Of a stretch of DNA of 64,000 nt, positions 9,269 through 21,705 are shown piece after piece. This DNA is from an uncultured Chloroflexota bacterium. Lineage in GTDB: Bacteria > Chloroflexota > UBA11872. The stretch is from the NCBI GenBank assembly GCA_958296175.1, contig OY282448.1, positions 1,424,472 to 1,488,471 on the forward strand, given 5' to 3'. Numbering within the stretch: the stretch's first letter is position 1; every line of letters starts with the position of its first letter. The translations under genes were made by a program, and so were the position numbers. A model generated the notes under the pieces. The model ran no database searches. It had not been told where the DNA came from and saw only the letters and a program-made list of their open reading frames with translations.

Positions 9269-9390
9269 GGATGACGCGGCGCGGCTGGTGGAGGAGTCCC
9301 GTCCCTGTGCCGCCGTGCGGAGGGGTTCGGCAGCGCGTCGGGAAGCCGAGGCCCGTCCCCGCGCCGCGCGGCGGCGGGTAGGGTTTGCGC

Positions 9391-10665
9391 ATGCGTGCAG
9401 CCGCGCCGGCCGGCAATCAGGGAGCGCCTCCCGCCGGCCGCCGGGAACCGAGGGTCGGCCGCGGGCGCCAGCGGCGCAGCGTGGGGCTGCTGACGCTGGC
9501 GGTGCTGCTGGCGCTGTCGCCCTGGTTCAGCGCCGCGGCCGTTGCGCCGCAGCTGGAACGCGCCTGGGGACTGACGACCTCGCAGGCGGCCTGGCTGACG
9601 CTGGCCGTGCAGCTGGGATTTGCGGCCGGCACGCTGCTGAGCGGCGTGCTGAACCTGCCCGACCGCGTGGACCCGGCGCGGTTGGCGGGGGTCAGCGCGG
9701 CTGGCGCGGCGCTGACCACGGCGCTCTTTGCGCTGCTGGCCGACGGGCCGGGCAGCGGCGCGCTGCTGCGCGTGCTCAGCGGCGTTTGTCTGGCCGGGGT
9801 CTACCCGCCCGCCTTGAAACTGGCCGCCACCTGGACGCGGCGGGGGCGGGGGCTGGCGCTGGGGCTCGTCGTGGGCGCGTTGACGGTCGGCTCGGCCAGT
9901 CCGCACCTGCTGCGTGCGCTGGTGCCGGAGGCGCCCTGGCGTTTTGTGGTGCTGGCCTCGGCCGCGCTGGCCGCCGCGGCGGCGCTGCTGCTGCTGGCCG
10001 GCCTGCGCCAAGGGCCGTTCCGCCAGCCGCCGGCGCGCTTCGACCCGCGCTTCGCGCTGGACGTCTTGCGGCGTCCTGGCACGCGGCTGGCCGTGCTGGG
10101 ATATCTGGGCCACCAGTGGGAGCTGTACGGCATGTGGGCCTGGACGCCGCTGTTCACGGCGCAGGCGGTGCAGCGCGCAGGGGGCGGCGCCGCGCTGGCG
10201 GGCGGCCTGGCCTTTGGCGTGATTGCGGTAGGCGGCGTTGGCGCAGTGGCGGCGGGGGTGGCCGCCGACCGTCTGGGCCGCTGCCGCGTGGCCAGCGGCG
10301 CCCTTGCGCTCAGCGGCGCCGCCGCCCTGACCGCGGCCGCGCTGGTCGACGCGCCGCTCTGGGCGCTCGTTCCGGTGCTGATGGTCTGGGGCCTCAGCGT
10401 GGTGGCCGATTCGGCGCAGTTCTCGGCCGCCGTTTCCGAACTCTGCCCGCCCCGCTACGTGGGAACCGCGCTGACCATGCAGGTTTCGGTGGGGTTTCTG
10501 GTTACGGCCCTGAGCATTCAGACTCTGGGGCTGCTGCTGGACGGCGCGCCCAACTGGGCGCTGGCCTTCGCCGCGCTGGCCGCCGGCCCTCTGGTCGGCG
10601 TTGCCGCCATGCTCGGCCTGCGCCGCCGCCCGGAGTCCATCCGCATGGCCGGCGGCCGGCGCTGA
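9391..10665 (+). CDS. MFS transporter
   Basis: About 12 hydrophobic segments. LALSPWFSAAAV, GVYPPALKL, HQWELYGMW and DSAQFSA motifs. Confidence 0.88.
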   Translation: MRAAAPAGNQGAPPAGRREPRVGRGRQRRSVGLLTLAVLLALSPWFSAAAVAPQLERAWGLTTSQAAWLTLAVQLGFAAGTLLSGVLNLPDRVDPARLAGVSAAGAALTTALFALLADGPGSGALLRVLSGVCLAGVYPPALKLAATWTRRGRGLALGLVVGALTVGSASPHLLRALVPEAPWRFVVLASAALAAAAALLLLAGLRQGPFRQPPARFDPRFALDVLRRPGTRLAVLGYLGHQWELYGMWAWTPLFTAQAVQRAGGGAALAGGLAFGVIAVGGVGAVAAGVAADRLGRCRVASGALALSGAAALTAAALVDAPLWALVPVLMVWGLSVVADSAQFSAAVSELCPPRYVGTALTMQVSVGFLVTALSIQTLGLLLDGAPNWALAFAALAAGPLVGVAAMLGLRRRPESIRMAGGRR

Positions 10666-10773
10666 CCATCAGCCGCCTCCCCTTCCCCCGACCCCCTTCC
10701 AGGGCGAAGGAAACGCGCGGGGGCGGGGGGACGGTGCGCGGAGCTTTGCCGCCCGTGGCAGAATTGGCGTCCT

Positions 10774-11436
10774 ATGGCGCTTACCAGCACGACCGAGGAT
10801 TACCTGCTCGTCATCTACGGGATGCGGGCGGAGGCGGAGCAGGTCATCAACGCCCGCCTGGCCGAACGGCTGAACGTGGCCGCGGCCACGGTGTCGGCCA
10901 CGTTGGACCGCTTGACGCGCGACGGGCACGTCTGGATCGACGACAAGCACCGCGTGTATCTGACGCTGGCCGGCGAGCGTGCGGCAGGGCAGCTGGCGCG
11001 GCGGCACCGCCTGATCGAGCACTGGCTGATTCGCACGCTGGGCATGGGCTGGGCCGAGGTGCACGAAGAGGCCGACCGTCTGGAGCACGCGGTCTCCCAC
11101 GAGCTGACCGAGCGCATCTCGGAATCGCTGGGCCACCCGGCCACCTGCCCGCACGGGCTGCCGATTCCCGGAAATTTTCCGGAAACCGACGTGGGGCAGC
11201 TCTTCAGCCTGGCGCAGGCGCAGCCGGGCGCCGCGGTGCGCATCGTGCGGCTGTCCGAACCGGCCGAGGACGACGGCGAGCTGCTGCGCTACTTCGAGGA
11301 AAAGCGCCTGGTGCCCGGCCGCACGATGACCGTGCACGAGATTACGCCCAACGGCAGCCTGGTGATGGAGCTGGACGGCGCCACGGTGGTGGTGGACGAC
11401 CGGGTCGCCAGAAGCTTGTGGGTGATGAAGGCCTGA
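10774..11436 (+). CDS. DtxR/MntR/IdeR-family metal-dependent repressor with a C-terminal FeoA domain
   Basis: TEDYLLVIY, LARRHRLIEHWL, VHEEADRLEH and CPHGLPIP. Confidence 0.92.
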   Translation: MALTSTTEDYLLVIYGMRAEAEQVINARLAERLNVAAATVSATLDRLTRDGHVWIDDKHRVYLTLAGERAAGQLARRHRLIEHWLIRTLGMGWAEVHEEADRLEHAVSHELTERISESLGHPATCPHGLPIPGNFPETDVGQLFSLAQAQPGAAVRIVRLSEPAEDDGELLRYFEEKRLVPGRTMTVHEITPNGSLVMELDGATVVVDDRVARSLWVMKA

Positions 11437-11487
11437 CCGCATGGCAAGCCACGGCGCCGGCGGCCGCGCGCTGACGACTGCGGCGCG

Positions 11488-11523
11488 GCGTCCAACCGCG
11501 GCGCTGCGTCCAACCGCGGCGCT
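11488..11523. repeat. 18-bp tandem duplication
   Basis: GCGTCCAACCGCGGCGCT x2, intergenic. Confidence 0.8.
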
Positions 11524-11619
11524 GCGCGGGGCAGCCTGCCGGCGGGTCCATCCACGGGCGGCGCCGCCGCTTGCTCTCCCTGGACGCGGCCTGCGCCGGC
11601 CGCCGAAGCGAGCGCGCGC

Positions 11620-14202
11620 ATGACGCAGGTGCAGCCGAATCACGTGGTGACCGTGCGCCCGGCGATTCCCACGGCGCTGCGCGAGCTGCGGGAGCTGGCC
11701 TACGACTTGTGGTGGTCCTGGGACCCGGACGCGCAGGACCTGTTCCGCCGCATCGACCCCGACGCCTGGCGGACTTCCCAGCGCAACCCGGTGGCGCTGC
11801 TGGGGCACGCGGACCCCGCGCAGCTGCAAGCGCGCGCCGCCGACGCTGCCTTCGTGCACGACCTGGCCGACGCGGCGGCCCGGCGGCGGCGCTATCTGGA
11901 CACGCCCTCGTGGTTCGCCGCCGCCTTCCCCGAGGCCGCCGACGTGCAGATCGCCTACTTTTCCATGGAATACGGCATCACCGAGTCCGTGCCCCTGTAC
12001 TCGGGCGGCTTGGGCGTGCTGGCGGGCGACCACGTCAAGGCCGCCAGCGACCTGGGCGTGCCGGTGGTGGGCGTGGGCATGCTCTACCGGCAGGGATACT
12101 TCCACCAGACCATCGACGCCGCGGGGGAGCAGCGCGAGCTGCACCCGGAGATCGACTTCTTCGACCAGCCGGTCACCCTGCTCACCACGCCCGACGGCGC
12201 GCCGCTGACGATCCGCGTCTCGATTACCGACCGCTCCGTCGAGGCGCGCATCTGGCGCATGAACGTGGGGCGCTGTCCGCTGCTGCTGCTGGACGCCAAC
12301 ACGCCCGCCAACGCGCCGGACGACCGCGAGCTGACCTCCAAGCTGTACCAGGGCGATTCCGACACGCGCATTCGGCAGGAAATCCTGCTGGGCGTGGGCG
12401 GCATGCGCGCGCTGCGGGCCGCGGGCGTGAACCCCACGGTGCTGCACCTGAACGAGGGGCACAGCGCCTTCGTGCTGCTGGAACGGCTGCGGGAGGTGCG
12501 CGAACACACCACGCTCTCGTTCGAGGCCGCGCTGGAAGTGGTGCGCGCCGGGGCGGTGTTCACCACGCACACGCCGGTGGCGGCGGGGCACGACGAGTTT
12601 CGCGCCGATCAAGTCGAGCGGCACCTGGGCGCCTTCCTGTCCGAGGCGCAGCTGGAGCTGGCCGCGGCCGCCGCGCTGGGGCAGCCGCCGGGCGGCGGCG
12701 CGCACGCGCCCTTTGGCATGACCGTGCTGGCGCTGCGCGGGGCGGCCTGGCGCAACGGCGTCTCGCGGCTGCACGGGGACGTGTCCCGCCGCATGTGGCA
12801 GCCCCTCTGGCGCGGCGTGCCGCCGGACGAAGTGCCCATCGGCCACGTGACCAACGGCGTGCATCTGCCCACCTGGATGTCGCGGGAAATGGCCGAGCTG
12901 CTGGAGCGCTACCTCGGCCCGGCCTGGTCGCTGCCCACCGAGCGCGCGGCGCTGGCCGAGGCGCTGCGGGCCATCCCCGACGGCGAGCTGTGGCGCGTGC
13001 ACACCCGCCGCCGCGAGCAGCTGGTCGCCAACGTGCGCCGCCGTCTGCGCACCGCCGTGGAACGCCGCTGGGGCTCGGGGTCCGAACTGGCCGAAGCCGC
13101 CACGGCGCTGCGGGCCGACGTGCTCACCATCGGCTTCGCGCGGCGCATGGCGCTCTACAAGCGGCCCACCCTGCTGCTGCACGAACGCGAACGCCTGCGC
13201 GCGCTGGTGACCAACACCCGGCAGCCGGTGCAGGTGATCTTTGCCGGCAAGGCGCATCCCGACGACACCATGGCCAAGGAACTGGTGCGCGACATCCACA
13301 CCCTGGGGCGCGACTCCGACTTCGCCGGGCGGGTGGTGTTCGTGGAGGACTACGACATGGCCCTGGCGCGCGACCTGGTGCAAGGCTGCGACGTGTGGCT
13401 GAACCACCCCGTGCGGCCGCAGGAAGCCAGCGGCACCAGCGGCATGAAGGCCGCGGCCAACGGGGTGCTGAACGTGAGCGTGCTGGACGGCTGGTGGGCC
13501 GAGGCCTACACGCCGGAGGTCGGCTGGGCGATCGGCCGCGGCGACGACGACGTGGACGACCCGCAGCGCGACGCCAACGACGCCGCTGCGGTCTACCGCT
13601 TTCTGGAGCGTGTGGTGGCGCCGCTGTTCTACGAATACGGCGAGGACGAGGCGCCCACGCGCTGGATCGAGCGCGCCAAGGCCTCGATGGCCATGGCCAT
13701 GGCGGACTTCGGCGCGCACCGCATGGTGCGCGAATACGCCGAGCGCTTCTACGCGCCGGCGCGCGAGCTGCAGCGCGCCCTCAGCCGCAACCACGGCGGC
13801 CCCGCGCACGAGCTGGCCGACTGGCTGTCCAAACTGCGCCGCCTCTGGCCGCACGTGCAGGTGCGCGACGTGGACGTCTCGGGCGGCCCAGAGCTGGACG
13901 TCGGCTCCATGCTGCCCGTGCGCGCGCGTGTGGCGCTGAACGGCCTGCACGCCGACGAAGTGTCGGTGCAGGTCTACATCGGGCGCATGCGCACCGACGG
14001 CGCCGTCGACGGCGGAGAAACGTACGACGCCGCGCCGCGCGAGGCCGACCGCGGCGGCTCGCGCTGGTTCGAAGCGACGGCGCCTCTGCGCGTCAGCGGC
14101 CGCATGGGCGTGGCCGTGCGCGTGGTGCCCAAGCACCCGCACCTGGTTGCCGCCGTGGAGCACGGCCTGGTGTGCTGGAGCCCGCCAACCGCCGCCGGCT
14201 GA
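11620..14202 (+). CDS. glgP: Alpha-glucan (glycogen/starch) phosphorylase
   Basis: [40 protein letters not shown] (PLP lysine) and LDGWW. Confidence 0.96.
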   Translation: MTQVQPNHVVTVRPAIPTALRELRELAYDLWWSWDPDAQDLFRRIDPDAWRTSQRNPVALLGHADPAQLQARAADAAFVHDLADAAARRRRYLDTPSWFAAAFPEAADVQIAYFSMEYGITESVPLYSGGLGVLAGDHVKAASDLGVPVVGVGMLYRQGYFHQTIDAAGEQRELHPEIDFFDQPVTLLTTPDGAPLTIRVSITDRSVEARIWRMNVGRCPLLLLDANTPANAPDDRELTSKLYQGDSDTRIRQEILLGVGGMRALRAAGVNPTVLHLNEGHSAFVLLERLREVREHTTLSFEAALEVVRAGAVFTTHTPVAAGHDEFRADQVERHLGAFLSEAQLELAAAAALGQPPGGGAHAPFGMTVLALRGAAWRNGVSRLHGDVSRRMWQPLWRGVPPDEVPIGHVTNGVHLPTWMSREMAELLERYLGPAWSLPTERAALAEALRAIPDGELWRVHTRRREQLVANVRRRLRTAVERRWGSGSELAEAATALRADVLTIGFARRMALYKRPTLLLHERERLRALVTNTRQPVQVIFAGKAHPDDTMAKELVRDIHTLGRDSDFAGRVVFVEDYDMALARDLVQGCDVWLNHPVRPQEASGTSGMKAAANGVLNVSVLDGWWAEAYTPEVGWAIGRGDDDVDDPQRDANDAAAVYRFLERVVAPLFYEYGEDEAPTRWIERAKASMAMAMADFGAHRMVREYAERFYAPARELQRALSRNHGGPAHELADWLSKLRRLWPHVQVRDVDVSGGPELDVGSMLPVRARVALNGLHADEVSVQVYIGRMRTDGAVDGGETYDAAPREADRGGSRWFEATAPLRVSGRMGVAVRVVPKHPHLVAAVEHGLVCWSPPTAAG

Positions 14203-14361
14203 CCCGCGCGCTCCGCGGCGCTTCGTTCGCTCACCCGTCGACGACCTTTGCGCGCGTCACCGCCGACGCGGGACGCGGCCGGCGCCCGAGGACCGCTGAC
14301 CCCGATCACCGCTGACGATGGATGCCCGCCTCGTGTCGAGGGCCTCGTATCCAGGAACCCG

Positions 14362-14397
14362 GCAGCACGCACCCCGCAGCACGCACCCCGCAGCACG
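14362..14397. repeat. 14-bp tandem repeat (about 2.5 copies)
   Basis: GCAGCACGCACCCC x2 plus GCAGCACG. Confidence 0.75.
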
Positions 14398-14449
14398 TAC
14401 GGAACAGGCGGGGCAGGCTGTTTGCGGGAATGACAGATGCGGCAAAGAT

Positions 14450-15601
<1,152 letters not shown>

Positions 15602-15821
15602 AGGTCTCGCCCAGGCAGAGAGGCGGGGGTGAGGGTCCAGCCGCGCGGCCGCCCCTGCCGTTCCGCGTCACAGGCAGCGCGCCAACCCAATCCCAGCCCG
15701 CGCGCTCGCGCTCGAAACGAGAGGCGGCGCGGCCGCAGAGCAATGTCGTTCCCCCCGCCCTGGAAGAGCGCCGTGATGGGCGGCGCGCGCCAGGCGCTCG
15801 TGCGTGGGCATTTGTTCGACC

Positions 15822-15850
15822 ATGCTAACGCAGCGGTTCGTATGTACGAA
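15822..15850 (-). promoter_or_regulatory. Possible promoter with overlapping palindrome
   Basis: Minus strand TTCGTA-17-TAGCAT. Perfect inverted repeat TTCGTA-TG-TACGAA at 15837-15850. Confidence 0.35.
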
Positions 15851-15897
15851 GGTATTGCCAATCCAGGCCCGTGCGGCGCCTGGCGATGGCGCGGCGG

Positions 15898-16797
15898 CTA
15901 CGCTGGCGGCGATCCGTTGGTCGAGGCGGCCGTGTGGCGCAGGGTGGCGGCCGGGTCGATGGAGCGCAGGTGCAGGTCGCGCTGCGGGAACGGGATTTCG
16001 ATGCCGTGTTCGCGGAACGAGGCGTCGATGGCGAAGTGCAGGTCGCTCTGCGCCACTAACCGTTCGCTGAGATCGGCCACGTAGGCCAGCACGCGGAAGT
16101 CGAGCGACGAGTCGCCAAACTCGACGAAGAAGATGCGCGGCGCGGGGTCGTGCAACACCTTCTCGTGGTCGTACACGGCCTGCCGAATCAGCCGCTCCAC
16201 CAGCCGGGTGTCCGATCCGTAGGCCACCCCCACTACGAAGTCCACGCGCACGCGGCGGTCGTCCAGCGTCCAGTTGGTGACCGTGGTCGAGATCAAGTCG
16301 CCGTTGGGCACGATGGCTTGGGTCTGGTCGAACTTGCGCAGCGTGGTGGCGCGCACGCCAATGCGTTCAACCGCGCCGAGTTCGCCGCCGACTTCCACCA
16401 CGTCGCCGACTTTGATGGGCCGCTCGAACAACAGAATGAGGCCCGACACGAAGTTGTTGGCAATGTTCTGCAAGCCGAACCCCATGCCAACGCCCAGGGC
16501 GCCGAAGATCACCAAAATCGCGTCCAGCTGCAACCCAACCGAGCGCAGACCAATGAAGAAGCCGACGAACAGGATGAGATAGCGGCCCAGCGCGCCGATG
16601 ATGTGCAGCGTGCCTTCGTGAATGCCTTCCAGCTGGCTGGCGCGGCGCTCCAGCAGCCAGCGCGCTCGTCCGGCCATCGACCACGTGGCCAGCAGGATCA
16701 GGCACAGAACGATGACGCTCAGCGGCGTGATCGGGTCCGCGCCCAGGCTGAAGAGCGGGACGTTGAACGCGCCCCACACGGCGTTCCAAATCTCCAT
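15898..16797 (-). CDS. Small-conductance mechanosensitive channel (MscS family)
   Basis: GFGLQNIANNFVSGLILLFERPIKVGD, IVPNG, VTNWT, VGVAYGSD and IEIPFPQRD. Confidence 0.94.
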   Translation of the reverse strand: MEIWNAVWGAFNVPLFSLGADPITPLSVIVLCLILLATWSMAGRARWLLERRASQLEGIHEGTLHIIGALGRYLILFVGFFIGLRSVGLQLDAILVIFGALGVGMGFGLQNIANNFVSGLILLFERPIKVGDVVEVGGELGAVERIGVRATTLRKFDQTQAIVPNGDLISTTVTNWTLDDRRVRVDFVVGVAYGSDTRLVERLIRQAVYDHEKVLHDPAPRIFFVEFGDSSLDFRVLAYVADLSERLVAQSDLHFAIDASFREHGIEIPFPQRDLHLRSIDPAATLRHTAASTNGSPPA

Positions 16798-17011
16798 GAC
16801 CAACCTGACGGCGCGGCGCACGGCCTGACGGACGCATCTTAGCCGTCGACGCGGTCAGGCCGGACGAGACAGGCAGGCGCGGGCGTTCCAGGAATGACGG
16901 ACGTTGCCCAGGTATCCCACTGGGGAGTACGAAGAGCAGCGGAGCGGGGCGGAGAGCGTGCGGCGCGTAGGATGGGGGACGGTTGGTGTTGCCGCGTGTG
17001 AGGAGCTTTTC

Positions 17012-17794
17012 ATGGCGGAGCCTGTCCGCGTCACCGTGTGGAACGAGTTCCGGCACGAGCAGGCGAACGCGCGCATTGCCGCGATCTACCCGGACGGCAT
17101 TCACGGCGCAATTGCCGGGACGCTGCGCGCGCTGCCGGGGCTGGAGGTGCGCACGGCCACGCTGGACGAGCCGGAACACGGCTTGTCCGAGGAGGCGCTG
17201 CGCCAGACCGACGTGCTGACCTGGTGGGGCCACACGGCGCACGGCGAGGTGGCCGACGAGGTCGTGGAGCGCGTGCAGCGGCGCGTCTGGCAGGGCATGG
17301 GCCTGGTGGTGCTGCATTCCGGCCACCTGTCCAAGGTGTTCTGTGCGCTGATGGGCTCCAGCTGCATGCTGAAGTGGCGTGAGGCCGACGAACGCGAGCG
17401 CGTCTGGGTGGTGGACCCGTCGCACCCCATCGCCCAGGGGCTGGGCGAGTATTTCGAGATTCCGCAATGCGAGATGTACGGCGAACATTTCGACATCCCG
17501 CCGCCGGACGAGCTGGTGTTTATCAGCTGGTTCCAGGGCGGCGAGGTGTTTCGCAGCGGCTGCACGTTCCGCCGCGGGGCCGGCAAGATCTTCTACTTCC
17601 GCCCCGGCCACGAGACGCTGCCGATCTACCATCAGCCGGAGGTGCAGCTGGTCATCGGCAACGCCGTGCGCTGGTGCGCGCAGCCGCGCGGCGTGAACCC
17701 GTCCTACGGCAACGCGCTGCCCATCGAGCCGCTGGCGGGCTACGAGGGCCCGGACTTTCGCGGCCACCCCAACGCCGCGATGGCCGCAGACTGA
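17012..17794 (+). CDS. ThuA-domain (trehalose-utilization-like) protein
   Basis: [41 protein letters not shown] and FRPGHET. Confidence 0.9.
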   Translation: MAEPVRVTVWNEFRHEQANARIAAIYPDGIHGAIAGTLRALPGLEVRTATLDEPEHGLSEEALRQTDVLTWWGHTAHGEVADEVVERVQRRVWQGMGLVVLHSGHLSKVFCALMGSSCMLKWREADERERVWVVDPSHPIAQGLGEYFEIPQCEMYGEHFDIPPPDELVFISWFQGGEVFRSGCTFRRGAGKIFYFRPGHETLPIYHQPEVQLVIGNAVRWCAQPRGVNPSYGNALPIEPLAGYEGPDFRGHPNAAMAAD

Positions 17795-17944
17795 ACCGCG
17801 CGCGGCCGCGGCCCGCACCTGCGGCGGCGCTCCGCTCCGACGGCCGCGTGATGGGCGTCCTTCGGCCCACGGCCGGCGCGAACGTCGGCGCTCCCCGGCC
17901 GGCGGGCGTAGCATGCCGTGAGGGACAGATTGGAGGGTGCGGCC

Positions 17945-18649
17945 ATGGTGCAGGGCTTTCCCGGACCGCCGGGCATCTGGTTTCAGGGCGATCCCAAGGT
18001 CATCCAGGATTACCTGGAGTTCGACCCGGTCGGCATCGTGACCAACACGATCGTGCTGGACGACTTGACCGACCGCTACGGGCCGATGCTGGGGATCATC
18101 GAGCGCTACCTGGCGCTGCCGACCGACGGCCCCGTGGTGGTGGAAGTGGACGGCGACACGGCCGAGGACATCGTGGCCGCCTCGGCGCCGTTTCAGGCGC
18201 TGTCGCCGCGCGTGGTGATGAAGATTCCGGCCGCGGTCAAGGGCTTCCGCGCCATCGCGCGCATGAAGGCCGAAGGCCGCGAGTCCATGGTCACCACGCT
18301 GTTTTCGGCCAGTCAGGCCGTGGCGGCCGTGCAGTGCGGCGCGGCCTACATTGCGCCTTTCGTGGGGCCGCTGATCGACTCCGGCGCCGACGCGCGCGCG
18401 ATTATCAGCGACATCGTGCAGGTCGTGCGCGGGCGCGAGCGTCAGCCCTACGTCCTGGGCGGCATCGTGCGCAACTGGATCGCCGCCGACGTGGCGCTGC
18501 GCGCCGGCTGCGACGGCGTGGTCGTCTTTCCGCACACCTTCGAGGAAATGATGCTGCACGCGGGCACCTCGGAATGGAACGCGACGTTCCGCGGCCACTG
18601 GGACCGCATGGCCGCCAAAGGCGCGCTGGAGGGCGTGCCAGGCGCATGA
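17945..18649 (+). CDS. Divergent transaldolase / fructose-6-phosphate aldolase family protein
   Basis: GIVTN, VMKIP (Schiff-base Lys), TLFSASQA and YIAPFVG. RBS GGAGG. Confidence 0.75.
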   Translation: MVQGFPGPPGIWFQGDPKVIQDYLEFDPVGIVTNTIVLDDLTDRYGPMLGIIERYLALPTDGPVVVEVDGDTAEDIVAASAPFQALSPRVVMKIPAAVKGFRAIARMKAEGRESMVTTLFSASQAVAAVQCGAAYIAPFVGPLIDSGADARAIISDIVQVVRGRERQPYVLGGIVRNWIAADVALRAGCDGVVVFPHTFEEMMLHAGTSEWNATFRGHWDRMAAKGALEGVPGA

Positions 18650-18767
18650 CCGCGGGGGGCGGGCGCCCCGGCGCGGATTTGCCGCGCGCCGCGGCCAGGC
18701 GTCGAGGGAGTCGCGGCCGGCCCACAGACGCCGCCGTCTCAGACGCCTGGCTGCGCGACCGGGGGCG

Positions 18768-19247
18768 TCAGGGCGCGGCCGAGGTCGAGTCGGCCGCCGG
18801 CGCCAGCGCCGCCAGGCTGTCGCGCAGCAGGGCGGCGTAGCGGGCGCGTTTCCCGTCGTCCACCAGCGGGAACGCCCCCTGCGGCCGATGGCCGGCCTGG
18901 CACGGAATCACGTGGGTGTGCAGATGCCAGACGTCCTGGCCGCCCGCCGGCTCGTTGTTCTGGCGAATGGTCACCCCGTCGCAGGGATAGCCGCGCCGCA
19001 TGGCCGCGGCCACGCGGCCCGCCGTGCGCGCCACGTCGCCCGCCAGATCGTCCGGCAGCGCGTAGACGTTTTCGTAATGCGCCTGCGGAATCACCAGCGC
19101 GTGCCCGGGGCTGTGCGCGTACCAGCGGTTGGATATGTGCACCAGCACGCGCGCGCCGCGCCAAGCCGTGAACGCCGCCGCGCTCCCCGCGGCAATCGCG
19201 CAAAACGGGCAGCAGTAATCCGACGGCGCGTGCGAAACGTGCAGCAT
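18768..19247 (-). CDS. HIT family hydrolase
   Basis: CPFC, PGHALVIP, NNEPAGGQDVWHLHTHVIP (histidine triad). Confidence 0.9.
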   Translation of the reverse strand: MLHVSHAPSDYCCPFCAIAAGSAAAFTAWRGARVLVHISNRWYAHSPGHALVIPQAHYENVYALPDDLAGDVARTAGRVAAAMRRGYPCDGVTIRQNNEPAGGQDVWHLHTHVIPCQAGHRPQGAFPLVDDGKRARYAALLRDSLAALAPAADSTSAAP

Positions 19248-19387
19248 CAGTGGCCGCGCTCCACAATCCGAGGGAACCAGCCCAGCGTACCCTGGCGGCA
19301 GGTCCGGCGGCGTCCGCGCCGGCGGTTCGTCAGCCTGGCCGCGCATCGCCGATAATGCCGGGCGCGCCGGCCGCCCGAGGCAGTCCC

Positions 19388-20858
19388 ATGCCGTCCCCAC
19401 GACCGAACATCCTCTTCGTCACCACCGACCAGCAGCGCGGCGACGCGTTGGGCGCGGCCGGGCAGCCCTGGCTGCAAACGCCGGTGCTGGACGCGCTGGC
19501 GCGCGGCGGCTATTACCTGACGCGCTGTTACAGCGAGGCGCCGGTGTGCGTGGCGGCGCGCACCACCTGGATGACCGGCCAGCACCCCTGGGCGCACGGG
19601 GTGTTCGGCAACGCCGTGAACGCCATGACCCCGGAAACGACCCTGCCCGGCGTGCTCACGCGGCACGGCTACCGCACGCACGGGGTGGGCAAGTTCCACT
19701 TCACGCCCGACCAGCGGGCGCTGAATGGATTCGAAAGCACGGTCATCTGCGAAGAGGGCCGCATGCCCGCTGGCGACGACTACCACCACTGGCTGCAAAC
19801 GACGCCCTGGGCCGGGCTGGAACGCGCCCACGGGGTGGGCAACAACGACATCTTCGCCGCGCCGTCGCCGCTGCCCGAGTCGCATTACGTGTCCAGCTGG
19901 ACGGCCGCGCAGGCCATCGGGTTTCTGCACCAGCATCAGGCCGCACAGCCGCAGCGCCCCTTCCTTCTGCATTGCAGCTTCACCAAGCCGCACTCGGCCT
20001 ACGACCCGCCGCGCCCGTACGACCAGCTCTACCAGCCCGGCGGCGTGCCCGCGCCCTGGCGCAACGGGCGCGGCATGGCCGAGAGTCCGCCGCAGCTGCG
20101 CCTGGCCAACCAGACCTACACCTGGGACACGCTTGGCCCCGAGCAAATCGCCCTGGCGCGCGCGTTCTACTTTGGCAACGTTACCCACCTCGACCATTGC
20201 ATCGGGCGGCTGCTGGGCGCGCTGGACGAGCTGGGCCTGCGCGAGCGGACGGTCATCGTCTTCAACTCCGACCACGGCGACCTGATGGGCGACCACAATC
20301 TGTTCTTCAAGAGCAACTACTACGAAGGGTCCACCCACGTGCCGTTGATCGTCTGGGCGCCGCCGGCGGTGCGCGAGGCTCTGGCGCTGGGGCCGCCGCG
20401 GCGCGTGGACGCGCTGACGGCGCAGCAACAACTGATGCCCTTCATGCTGACGGCGGCCGGCGCCGAGCTGCCGCCCGGCCTGGACGGCCCGCCGCCGCTG
20501 GCGGACGTCATTGCCGGCCGCAGCCCCGGCGCGCCCGTCCACGGCGTCTTCGGCCCTCAGGCCAACCGCCAGTTGGCCCTGATCGAAGAGCGCTACAAGT
20601 ACATCTGGTGGGCCAACGGCCGCTTCGAGCAACTGTTCGACCGCCAGACGGACCCGCGGGAACTGACCAACCTGGCCGACGATCCGGCCTACGACGCCGA
20701 ACGCCGCAGGCTGCGGGCGGCGCTGGTAGAGGTCGTGCGCTCCCACGGCGCTGACGAGGCGCTGGACGGCGCCGACCTGCGCGGCAGCGACTACGACGAG
20801 TCGACCACCAGATTCGGCCAAAAAAAACCCGCGCCCCTGGGGACGGCGCCCCTACTGA
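19388..20858 (+). CDS. Sulfatase-like hydrolase (Cys-type, CVAAR). True 3' end probably 20858 via an indel in an A8 run; in-frame reading runs to 21049
   Basis: PNILFVTTDQQRGD, CVAAR, GKFHF and NSDHGDLMGDH. The shifted frame gives KNPRPWGRRPY-stop. Confidence 0.88.
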
Positions 20859-20997
20859 CCGTCTCCCGGCCGGACGCTGGCCGTCCGTCGGCTCACCGCG
20901 GCGCGGGCGCAGGGAACGCGGCGCAAACGGGCGCCGGCCAGGTCAGGCGTCGGCGCTGGTCAGGCGGCTGTCGGCGCAGTCATCGTGATCGCCGGCG

Positions 20998-21696
20998 TCA
21001 GGCGCCGGCGCGGGCGCTGGCCAGCTCGTGGGCGGCCAGGTCGCCCTGAGTGTGTTCCAGGGCGCGGCGGAAGGACGCGCGGGCGGCGGGGGCGTCGCCG
21101 GCCTGCCGATGGGCGCAGCCCAGGGCATAGTCCCAGCGCACCGTGGCGCGGTCGGGGCGGCTGGCCTGCAGCCGGGCCAGCGCGCGGCTGGCCGTGTCGC
21201 GCGAGGGGGCCAGCTCCAGCTCGGCCAGCACGCGGTCGGCCGCCATCTCGGCGGTTGGGTTGAGCCTCTGCGCGTGGTCCAGCGCCTGCAGAGCGCCGGC
21301 CGCATCGCCGGCGTTGAGCCGGTAACGCCCCAGCCGCTGCCAGACGACCGGGCCGTGCGCGCCGCGCTCGATGGCGGCTTCCAGACAGCGCGCAGCCGAG
21401 GCGTGGCTGCCGGCCGCGGCCAGCGCGGCCGCCACGTTGCGGTAGAGCCGCGGGCGCAGGTCGTCGTCGTCCGACTCGCCGGCCGCAATATCCAGGGCGT
21501 GATCGAAGGCCTCGCGCGCGGCCGTGCGCTGGCCTTCGGTGGCGTAGCGCACCGCCAGGCTGACGAAGTGCAGCGCCGACGTAACGGCCGCGGGGGGCGG
21601 GCTAGCCGCGTCGATGGCCAACAGCGCGCGCTGGGCGGCGGCGTCCACAGCCCCCGCCGCCAGCAGGTCCGCAATGTCGGCGCGGCTTTCGTGCAT
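20998..21696 (-). CDS. TPR-like helical repeat protein
   Basis: Ala-rich helical repeats (VWQRLGRYRLNAGDAAGA, WDYALGCAHRQAGD). Starts 7 nt after the lexA stop. Confidence 0.7.
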   Translation of the reverse strand: MHESRADIADLLAAGAVDAAAQRALLAIDAASPPPAAVTSALHFVSLAVRYATEGQRTAAREAFDHALDIAAGESDDDDLRPRLYRNVAAALAAAGSHASAARCLEAAIERGAHGPVVWQRLGRYRLNAGDAAGALQALDHAQRLNPTAEMAADRVLAELELAPSRDTASRALARLQASRPDRATVRWDYALGCAHRQAGDAPAARASFRRALEHTQGDLAAHELASARAGA

Positions 21697-21705
21697 AGCC
21701 CCCCG

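Noticed and set aside
10669-14163. 1164-aa minus-strand ORF and many similar long ORFs
   Set aside because: These are antisense or off-frame shadows of real genes, expected at this GC content, and show no protein motifs.
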